Shown here: one piece after another, positions 48,821 to 59,001 of the stretch
How the letters are laid out: every line of letters starts with the position of its first letter
Numbering within the stretch: the stretch's first letter is position 1
Assembly (NCBI GenBank): GCA_028023455.1
Contig: JAQFVV010000006.1
Span: 15,004,001 to 15,068,000 of the forward strand
Reading direction: 5' to 3'
DNA length: 64,000 nucleotides
Source of the DNA: Epiperipatus broadwayi
Lineage: Eukaryota > Animalia > Onychophora
Translations under genes and position numbers: made by a program
The notes under the pieces: model-generated
The model's database searches: none
Seen by the model: only the letters and a program-made list of their open reading frames with translations
What the model was told of the DNA's origin: nothing

Positions 48821-48862
48821 CCAACTGATGAGTGCTGATTCAGCATGAAATGTGCAACTTGG
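48821..48862 (+). ncRNA. Hammerhead with lost cleavage triplet (family B, inverted copy)
   Basis: CCAA CTGATGA GTGCTG ATT CAGCAT GAAA TGTGCAAC TTGG. Confidence 0.65.
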
Positions 48863-49274
48863 GGACAGTACATCTTTTTCATATATCTTTGGTCATATGT
48901 TTCTAATTTCATCTCTCCACATGGTGTTAAAAGTGGATAGAAGCCAGTCCCTATCTTGAGTAAGAGTAATGTAATGAAAATTACACTACAGAAATATTAT
49001 TCATAATTTTCCATTTATATTCCTGTTTTAATTTATTCATTATTTCCTCTATTCTTTTGTTTTTGATAAAGCTATTATGGAATAGAAATATATTAATAGA
49101 AATATGACATATTTTTTATAATATGCCTCTAAATTTGAAGCATAAGAAAGTAACCATATTTTAGTTGTTATTGTCACCATACTTTCAACAAGCTTGTAGT
49201 AGTTGCAACAATTTTATTTTTATTAACTACATTTTTTTTAATATATTATTTTATAGCATATATGTTAGACTTTT

Positions 49275-49780
49275 ATCCATCATCATCAGTTCAGGTGAAG
49301 GAAGATTTGTTATTCCAAGTTTAATCAGTTTTCCATCCATAATTTATCCACATTTTTCCAGCAAATTTCCTTAACTCATATTTACATCTCACATGTGGTC
49401 TCTTTCTGGGTCTTTTACAATCTTTGAGAACCAAATTAAAAATTTAACTGTTTATTTATTGTCACCTTTGTTAGCAATATGTATTATCCAAGTTTCCTTT
49501 CAACTTTTTAATTATTTCAATGGTGTCAATAATCATTAATTTGCTTCATCACTCACATATTACTTCTTCATTCTTAATCATTATTTGCTTCCTCACTCAC
49601 ATATTTCTCCTTCATTCTTATTATTTCCAGTGCACATCTCCCCATGCTTCATTAAATGGTCTGAAATATTTATATTGGTTTTCTATTAAATATCAAATCC
49701 GCATGTAATAAAAAACCCTTTTCAAACATATTGACATTTTTTTTATATTTTAAGTTATTTTTACAACTCCGCATAGTATA
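49275..49780 (-). pseudogene. Degenerate RTE LINE 3' region
   Basis: catctcacatgtggtctctttctgggtcttttacaatct is identical to the young RTE tails; catcatcatc tail at about 49278. Confidence 0.75.
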
Positions 49781-50214
49781 ATAGAGTGCCAGATTATGCA
49801 AATTAAGGATCCATGGGTTGTAATCCAACTCCACTCCTTCCAGTATTCAAACTTTTTAAAAAACCTGAGCAATAAATCATTCAATTATTCTTTTATTTCT
49901 TTAAAAACCCACGATTAATTCTATGAATTTCATCCATTATTCTTCCACTTGTATTAATAATTTGATCATTATATTTATAATTGTTACCTTTTTTTAGTTC
50001 ATCACTATCAATCTATTTTCTTTTTTATTTTCAGAAGAATAAAAAAAAATTGCTAAAACATCACAAAAATTATGGTTTTAAAAAACTAAAGATACCAATA
50101 TATAGAGATACTGAACTGCATTCAGATTTTTATGATTATACAAATAAATTAGCTTGGATTGAAAACATTTATTTGTTTTCAGTTTGGTTGATAGTCTTAT
50201 TGCTAACCACAAAG

Positions 50215-50410
50215 TTAAAAGGTGGGTGCTGAAGAGGTGGTCCATTAGATCCAAAGATATAGATGATTGTTGCCAGATCAAAGGCTTCTTACTATTGGAA
50301 GCCATGAGGTATAACTAGTTCAGGGATATTGGATTGAATAGCACTAGCTAGGGATCAGATATACAATCTTCTAGCATTAATTGATTACTAGACCTTGCAC
50401 AAGGTGATGC
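50215..50410 (+). mobile_element. Highly degenerate family A fragment
   Basis: aaaaggtgg.tgctg.ag...cattagatcc.aagat.tag.tg...ccagatc.aaggct.ct.act...gaagcca....aactagt...gggatattgga. Confidence 0.5.
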
Positions 50411-50676
50411 TGTTATATGGAAAAAATGTTGGTACTGCTTTAAGAAAAAAAATAGTTGACCTATTACCACTAAACATTAAGCTATAATGTTTGCATTTTA
50501 TTTTGAATCCACGTGCACAAATATATTTAAAGTAATATTTGTATATACATTAAGTAGTTAGCTACATATGGATAGTCTAAAAAAAATGGAATTGGTTATT
50601 GTTTTGAAATTATTTAAGAAATTCAAGCTATAGAAATAGAGAGCTGAATGATAATCTATTGATCTTAATCCTAGAC

Positions 50677-51728
50677 CAGTGGTTTCCAATGTGGGCCATA
50701 CACCTCCACCAGGAGAGGAGGGAGCAGTTTGATTTTTAAAGAGGGAGTTTGAGAATGAATTATTAATTGTGATATTTTTATGTCACAACAGTGAATTTAC
50801 AAGTCTGCTAATTGTTAAAACAAGCAAAATCTTTATACAGTAGCCAATCAGTACATGCCAGAGTAATAAATGGATGCCTACTCATCCAATATCCCCCAAC
50901 AAGTTTCTAGCTTGTGGCTTTCATCACTGAGGAGCCTTGCACTGCACTTACATCTTAGGATCTAATGCAACCTTCCAGCAGCCATCTTTTATCTCTACTT
51001 AACTACAAAACTATGAGTTTAAAATTAAAAACATAATAATATTTTTCAATCCAATCTTATATAGTCATATAGGTCTGAACTCAAAGACACCAAAATACAT
51101 GATTATATAAATTAATGAGCTTGGATTGAAAATATTATGTTTTCAATTTTAGAGTCATCGTTTTTTAGTTAAGTAGAGAGAAAAGGTGGCTGCTGGAAGG
51201 TTACATTAGATCCTAAGATCTAGGTGCAGTGCTCTCATATCCAAGGCTCCTCACTTATAAAAGCCACAAGCTAGAAACTAGTCTGGTGATATTGGATAAG
51301 TAGGCCCTAGATTGGAATTTTAGGCACAAAACTTCTTGCATCCATTGATTACTCTGGCTTGCACTAAGTGGCACTGATTGTATGGAGAGTTTTGCCTGTT
51401 TTAACAGTTGAACAAGCATAAGAAATGGTGATCATGTGATGTTTAGTGTCATGCTAATTTTTTTTATATCTTATTCATAATTAAGCTGAATTTCTCTCTT
51501 TCCATGTCATCTTCTCAATGTTTTTGCTGTTTAGATAACCTTTACTCTTTACCTCTCTGTTGTTACTTGGAGCAAGTTAAGTGATTTGAAACTCCGTTGT
51601 ACTTCAACTGTCTTTTCATTAATTGCTTTTTAGGCTTCCTCCACATTTTGCATAATAAGAATTTTATGCCAGAGGTGAGACATCAGGATTTTAGAGATGC
51701 ATGACCAAAAAAAGGTTGAGAACCATTA
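50677..51728. mobile_element. Non-autonomous hAT (Charlie/MER5-like) element hosting a family A palindrome
   Basis: Left CAGTGGTTTCCAA, right AAAAAGGTTGAGAACCATTA; flanks tcctagac / ccctagag (degenerate 8-bp TSD). Confidence 0.5.
50862..51449. mobile_element. Family A palindrome copy 3 with two mutated HHRs (50892-50933 minus, 51248-51289 plus)
   Basis: 50875-51052 is the reverse complement of about 51118-51345; cores CAGTGATGA and CACTTATAA are mutated; aagccacaagctagaaac retained. Confidence 0.8.
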
Positions 51729-52374
51729 CCCTAGAGTGTTTTACTTTACTACTGTATCCAAACACACACAATTCTGGTATATTTAATGATGCCAAATAAA
51801 ACCAATTTACTTTAAATTTTTTTCAAAAAAATGTCAGTAGATGATGACTTTTCAAAATAAAATGGAAATTTTTTGATATCTTTATTAATATGATATAGCA
51901 ATATTATTTGCAGCACATAAACATGTGGGAAAGAATTGTTTAACATTTTACTAATATCTAGGGGAATCATATGTATTTTATTTTTCATGAAAAAAAAAGC
52001 CTCATGTTCCCTATTTAAATGTGGATTGCTGATATCAATCTCTTATTTTTGTTTAAAAATAGTTCACAAAGACATTGGTTATATATGCAGCAGAAAGAGC
52101 TTTTGATATAGTGATTAGATCTAGGATGCATCACATAACCCTTATAAATCTGTCAGGTCACAAGTAGGCTTAAGATTTTCTTTCAGGTAGCCAATACACA
52201 GATAATTCAGTCATCAGTTGGTCAGCAAATGGATGTCTAATTATAATCAACTAGAAATATTAAATTCTTAGCCAGATAAATCTTGGAAACATTTGGATCA
52301 GTTTGTCTTCTAATATTTCTTTTATCTCTCTCACATTAAGTGTCCTACAGTTTGTTTGTTTTTACTCTCATAAG

Positions 52375-53247
52375 GAGATTATGACCTAGTATTCATAAAT
52401 TGGAGCTATATTCTGAATCAGGTGCCCAGAATTGATTTCAAGGGAATCTCTTTCATCTGTATCAAGCCCTAAACGTCACTACTTGAAAATCAGAACAGCC
52501 TTCAATCTTCTGGCTATGGATCTAGATTGACATTTTGATTATTATCTTCTTACAGAGAATTTCAACTGTAGTTTACTTTCAACTAATGGAATAGTTGCAC
52601 CAACAGAAATAAAACTGGATAATATTAAACAGGTTTTTGTTTGAATATGTTTGTCCAATTCTCTTTCTGTATTTTAAAGTGTGAAAGATGAAATCCACAC
52701 AATTGTTAAATGAGATGCTCTTTATAACCAATGAGTATACTATAATTATATAGTCAATAATTATAATTTTTTTATAATCTAAAATATTTATATATACATA
52801 TATATTTGTATAACATATACTATTTTTAAATTTCTGTGGTTTCTCTATTTGAAAATAGTTACTATGTCTTGGCTATTAATAGAGATTTCTGATCAAACGA
52901 TAACACTTGATCATTATTAATCCTATTTTATCATTTGTTACTATTCTCTTAATGCAATTTCTTCTAGAATTTTAGAACTAAAGTTATATTGTAAACTTTT
53001 ATATATTTCGATAGCTTTGTCACCAAATAATGATTAAGTGAAAATATATAATTTATTAAACCAAAAAATATTGGCTTATTTCAAAGAGCTTAGATTAAAC
53101 AGGTAATCCCAAAAAGAGGAGATACTTTAAACAAAGAGACTGACCTCCCCCTGCCTCTGTGTCACATCACAACTACTGTTTGTCTTTACAGTTGGCGTAT
53201 TGCCATAGGACCAGTGAAACTTAATCTAAAATATATTGCCAATAATG
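52375..53247 (+). CDS. Candidate further host exons (52375-52421, 52556-52632, 53192-53247)
   Basis: Each is AG/GT-bounded and open (DYDLVFINWSYILNQ; NFNCSLLSTNGIVAPTEIKLDNIKQ; WRIAIGPVKLNLKYIANN), but the phases are not directly compatible. Confidence 0.25.
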
Positions 53248-54079
53248 GTTTATATTCATCTAGTAAAGAGCCTTATAATGCATCCATCTACTGGTAGCGT
53301 ATTTAACTGACATGTTCTATAAAACTTTGTTTCAAACCATGGCTAGATCAACTTGAATATTTGTTAAGGTCCATCAGGGTTATGATTTTTCATTAAGTTA
53401 ACTTAAGTAGAGAATAAAATGGGGGATGGAAAATAGCTTAAATGCCCATCATTATCTGATTGACACATCTTATAAACTAATAAATATGTAATTATTTTAT
53501 CAGTATCTTGATGAGTGGATGCTGAAAAATCTTTGTTTCACATTGGGCTATATTTAAAGCTATTTTATGTTACTCATTTACTGACAATATTATATAGTGG
53601 GTTGCTTTTTTTGTATGATTTGACTTTCAAAGTGAAAATAATAAAGTAAATCTCATTAAGAATGTCATTATAATGGATTTTTAATTTTATATCATCTTAG
53701 GGATTATTAGACTGACTGAAATTTTTTTAGCCTTTAATTCTAGTGTTTAAATTTTGATTTGTGTTCTATATTGTATTGTTTTTTAATCAATAATTTATTT
53801 AGTACATTTTATCTCCCTTATTAGCTGTACGTTATGACTTATAGCGATATTAATGTTACATTCTCTTATTTATACCTATCCATCTTTTTGCTTCTATGCT
53901 TTGCATGATCAGTATTAATAGAGTAATAGATTCCGGACATTGAACTCAGGACGATTACAACCCAACCAATAGCAATAAATCGTTTGACAAGTCTTGCCAT
54001 TTATCAAAATAATTTAATATATGATTTTTTTTCTACAGTACAGACTTTTTCATACCTTCACTCCAATATGTAATATATA

Positions 54080-54450
54080 AGCGGTTTGAACGCAGACTTT
54101 CACACGTCCCTCTACTATCCACGCTATCTCATACTGATGACACACTTGATCACACACATGTCGTAAAGATAAATATTCACCAACATACGTATTTCGTGCT
54201 AAACCGCACTGTCTGTTGGTCCAGATTATCATCTCCACGCATATATACAATCAATGCTCAGCTTATATTAAGATAGCCAATCTACATACTTTAATGGACA
54301 GGCTTCAATCCACTCCACAATTCTTCAGCCGTCCATTTCACTGAAAATCTGATGATGAAACGCTCAAAGCCCACATTGGTGCCAACCTTCTCATCCTACC
54401 CATGTTGACCATAAGTCACTCTGACATCTCATGTACAGGACATAATCCAT
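54080..54450 (-). mobile_element. Family C copy 3 (diverged), HHR core decayed at 54180-54219
   Basis: Aligns to 9300-9640 and 44710-45070; reverse complement CCAA CAGACA GTGC GGTTTA GCAC GAAA TACGTA TG TTGG. Confidence 0.7.
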
Positions 54451-55379
54451 TTACAAATAATATATAATTTTGTTATATCTCTTTTCTAAATTTTATTTTA
54501 TTTGAAAATGTAATTTTGAGCATTGAAACGAGTCATTTCTTTGTATACAAACTTCATATTATTATAATTTTATTTTCCAAATAGTCTTACAAAGTTAAAG
54601 ATACGATTTAATTAAATCTATACCATTTATTTAAGCAATTAGTAACAAAATACTCAATACTAGGAAGTTACAATTTTAAACTTAATATATAGAGAGTGTA
54701 TACACATCTAAAATAATTATAATAAACGAAGCTTCGTTTGAATTAATATTTAATTGCATACATCGTTAAAATTATAATTTTTTTTTTATTAAGCACACTT
54801 TCTAGAAGTCAATGAACTTTTGCCTTGGAAACCTTTGCTAATCTGGAACAAGTAATTTATTTATATTTATAAAAAATGATAAAATTCTTATTGACAACAA
54901 ATAGATACCGTAAGGGAGATTGAAACCGTGGGGGGGGGGGGGGGATTCATAATTAATAAATCATTAAAAAAATTGAAGGTATTGTAGGTAGGTTTTTTTA
55001 AAAAAATTGGAATACAAACTCCGATATAATTTCCCAGATGTAGATTTGATAGCGAAACAGATTATTATACTATTTATATAACAGCATTTTAAAATCGCTA
55101 TGGATTATTATTTTAAAAGATGCCTTGCGTGGTTAGGCGCATTATTAGAATGGCAGTTTCTGGAGCGCAAGTTTTATGGGTATTCAATTATCACGTCCAA
55201 GATTTGAACTTCTCGGGAATTTATCAACAATAACCTATTCAATCATTTTGTATGTCCATTACATAATAGTATAAGCGATTGCTTGAGATGGTTGGCGATG
55301 TTCAAGCACCAAAATGGCAAGTCAATCAAAATAGGTATATTCATTGAATCATATTGAGCTTTTCTTTAGCTTAGAATCA

Positions 55380-55560
55380 ATTTAGAAACTTTTTGCTGAT
55401 GACTTCATCTCTCTTGTTACTGCATTCAACTATATGGTGCAGTAAAATAATTGTTTAGTTGCTCTGGAGGTCATGTGATGCTTGAGAAACAGAATTGATA
55501 GGTTGAATTTTGAGCCAAGAACCTTTAACTTTTAAATTCATTACCCAATCACTGAGTTAA
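55380..55560 (+). pseudogene. Degenerate LINE RT fragment
   Basis: KLFADDFISLVTAF...LEVM*CLRNRIDRLNF; a related segment lies at about 45620-45700. Confidence 0.45.
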
Positions 55561-56029
55561 ATGATTAACTACTGATGATGATTTTGTTGTAAATATTAAT
55601 TGGTAATAAATTATGAATTTTTTTTGTCTTACTTTAATAATGAATCTTGAATATTACCTCTTGTTTAATGTTCAACTGTAATTATTAACAAAATATTATG
55701 AAGGAACTTGTAATGATTTCCACCAAGAAATTGATTCACTAATGGCTTCATTAAGACTTCCAATTCTGCTATTGCATTGGTAGATTTGAGAATCATTATA
55801 TGAATTATGGTTTATATTTGATCAGACGTGCAAAAATCATTAATTGTTTAATTTCATTTAGGATTATGTTTTTTTTTATGTTCTTTTTCTGAAAACAGTT
55901 TCAAGACTGTTTCATATGCTATAACATTCATTCTTTAAACTGTGATGTGGTCTTTTTCATTGTGCTATAATTTTTCTTACCAATATAACTTAGGCAATGT
56001 TTTACTTTTACTAATACAAATAATTTAAA

Positions 56030-56205
56030 GTTATAATTATAAATTTATTTAAATGCACATTGATTACATAAGTAATATTTACTAAGGCTGTAACCTCAAG
56101 AATGTGCACGTAAAAATGTAAGCTTGTGGTTAAGACCTGTAGAGGTCCCTACTATCGCATTTTTACATGCACATTCTTGAGGTTACAGCCTTAGTAAATA
56201 TTACT
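56030..56205. repeat. Family E hairpin (48-bp arms, 47/48 identical)
   Basis: 56071-56118 versus 56158-56205; the loop is the reverse complement of 32480-32520. Confidence 0.85.
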
Positions 56206-56303
56206 AATATAAATAATGAAAACTCTGCTTCATTTTTTTGATACAATGCAACACTTTATTTGTCACATTTTCAAAATAGTTGACTGTTTTGATTGTCCTA
56301 GAG

Positions 56304-57069
56304 CAGAAATGGCCAAATGTTTAGACACTGGGGTGACTTTTTTGGTGAAAGTGTGCCTAAGGGCGACTATGTTTTTGCAGGACTTCGAACCAGAAAGCAG
56401 AAAAAAAAAAGATTTTTGCCAGAATGAAAACTGGAATGGACAAAAAAAATAATGTTTCAAAGTCCTGGTTTTTTAAGAATATATTTACGAATTGGTATTT
56501 TTTTATAAGGGCTTTTTAGGCACTCAGAAATATTGGTGACATTTTTAGAAGATATAAACGGATAATTTTTTTTCTATAAGATATGAAGCTGTTGAAGAAA
56601 TTTTATATGACTATTATTAAATTACCTCAGATTCCTCTAGTATTACAATTTGTCTGTGTCGCTTTATAAAATATTTATTAGATTACTATATGAAACATTT
56701 TAAAAAGTTCACAACTTCTTTGTTTTAAAATCAGTTCATTAAAATCTTTGTTTTTGCAGGACAAGTTATTTTCATTTCTCTTCAGGAAAACAGCAATTAA
56801 ATATTTATAAGAATTTTAGCACTAGTATTACACAAAAACAATTTAATTCTTTTCAGCTTCTTCCAACCTGGATTTATTTTTGAGATCGACAATAAAAGCT
56901 GGTGTTATTTTAAATTTAACTATTTTTAAATGAAAATAATTTTGAACTTTTATTTTTTTTATTTTTTTTATATTCAAATCAGTTCTGAATTTATGGCTAT
57001 AATTTGTGAATGTTCACATCAGCTTCACAGTCGACTGGTCAACCACAGTCAATGACTTGGCCACCCCTG
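56304..57069. mobile_element. Non-autonomous hAT transposon
   Basis: TIRs CAGAAATGGCCAA / CAGGGGTGGCCAA; 8-bp TSD tcctagag (56296-56303) / ttctagag (57070-57077). Confidence 0.55.
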
Positions 57070-57589
57070 TTCTAGAGTCTTCTTCAGAGCTATGAGTTTT
57101 ATTCATCACACTTGAAAATAGCTGATGGTTTCAACTGTTGAACAGTCTTCCTCAGAGCTGTGAGTTTTAGTTACTAAATTTGCAAAATAACTGACAGTTT
57201 TGATGGTCCAACAATCAAAACTATCAGCTATTTTGCACATATGATAAATAAAGGATTGCATTGTATAAAGTGCATAATATAAGGACTTTTATTACTTATA
57301 TTAAGTAATAAAATAGTCACTGCAGAAAAGTTTTGAAAGGAAAGGTGATAATTTGATGGACGGATTAATCTTAATATAATTCAAATTCACACAAAATGGT
57401 TTGATTACTATCTGTGCCTAAAAATTAAATTTTATCTTGGTGCTTGTTTATAGTATATATGCTATCAGATTAAATCAAAATTACTCATGTAAACTATAAA
57501 ATGGTGACTGCTTGATCAGGAAGCTGGTCCTTTACAAAACACAAGAAAGGTGTACACAACAATATCCAAAAATTTACCAAAATAATGTA

Positions 57590-58846
57590 AACCTGGGAAA
57601 AACCCTAGATTTAGAAAAACTACATTAGATCTAGTAAATCATGATGAAATTGACACACACACACACCCCAGCATACAATGGACAGATGAAATGCTTGAAC
57701 AGATTGGAGAGAGGTTCAATAACATGATACCTAGAACACTTTTTGCAACATTCAAAAGATTTTTTACTGAGGAATCAATAGTATCACTGCACTCTCTACC
57801 ATTTTCCCAAGGCACTCCTAATTGAGGCACTAAACAAAAATAATTTATTGAAGACAGTACAATGCATAGGAGACCATTCTAATAGCTGATATGTAGCCAT
57901 TGAGTTTTATAAAACTACACAAAGAGATCAGTTTAAAAATTACATTACAACTCTAAGAAATTTTGCCATCATATGAGGTGATGAAAGCAGATACCGGAGT
58001 GGTAAAAAATGCCTACTTCGGATATAACTTGGAAAATTTCCAAAGAATGATGAACCCCTTTGGAAAGGTTTTTTTTTCAACAAATATACCTTAAAGAAAC
58101 ATCAGTACCCATATTTACAAATAGTTTTGAATATAAAGTCAAGTTACATAAAGAAATAGACCCAGAAAACATCCCAACACACATAACAGACCAAGAAGCC
58201 ACACTATGCTTATATATTCAAGGACTAAAGCCACATGATTTTGCCTGTAGCAAAAGAGGCCACATAGCAACCCAATGCAATGAAGAAGTAAATCTAGTGG
58301 AAAAGAATAACCGCCCCTCACAAAGATTAGAATAGAATCCAGATAGCACAAACAAACCCAGGCAGAAGGAAAACATAGATCCCCCCCCCACTCAAAACAA
58401 TAAAATCGACAATTAAAACAAATAAAAATAAAACTATAGACTATTCCCCAAGCATGGCAATGGAATTGACAATTAACACAAACATGAATGAGGAAGATGA
58501 AAATCTCGATTCCCAGGCAAAAACACTTAGGGATAATTTAATGGAAAATGAAACTGCTTACCTACAAAAAGAAACAACAGATCTACCAAATGGAGATAAT
58601 AATCGGGCAGAGCACACTATTATAAACAAAACAACAACTGAAATAATGGATACCATCACACAATGCTTTCCAGTAATTGAAAACACACATCTGGAAAGTA
58701 AAAGAAAACAAGCAAAACCAAAGAAAACTAGAGAAAATAAAAAGATTAAAACATATGATCTGAAATATAGCCAATTAAATTTGCTAAATCAACTAATAGA
58801 TGAAAATATGGAATGGAATCAACCTCTTAATATGCAAAAGAATTAG
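57590..58846 (+). pseudogene. L1/Tx1-like LINE ORF1 (gag-like), frameshifted
   Basis: Degenerate CCHC knuckle FACSKRGHIATQC (about 58240-58280) followed by a low-complexity region upstream of ORF2. Confidence 0.6.
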
Positions 58847-59001
58847 AAAACATCAGGGATAGTGACTCAATTAAATGAATATTTACAGAACCAACAAACA
58901 ACACCAACCGCACTTCAAGCAAGATAAACTTATAAAAGGAAGGAAATGAAAGTCACACAGTTCAGTAAAATTGCAGCCCTCTTGCTACAACATTAAATAA
59001 C

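Larger units (their letters stand above)
47981..49004. mobile_element. Family B retrozyme-like array: tandem about 358-bp monomers on the minus strand plus one inverted full monomer
   Basis: agtcattcattag at 48001 and 48359; inverted copy 48621-49004 with terminal direct repeat acta.agaaatattattcat; three HHRs. Confidence 0.9.
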
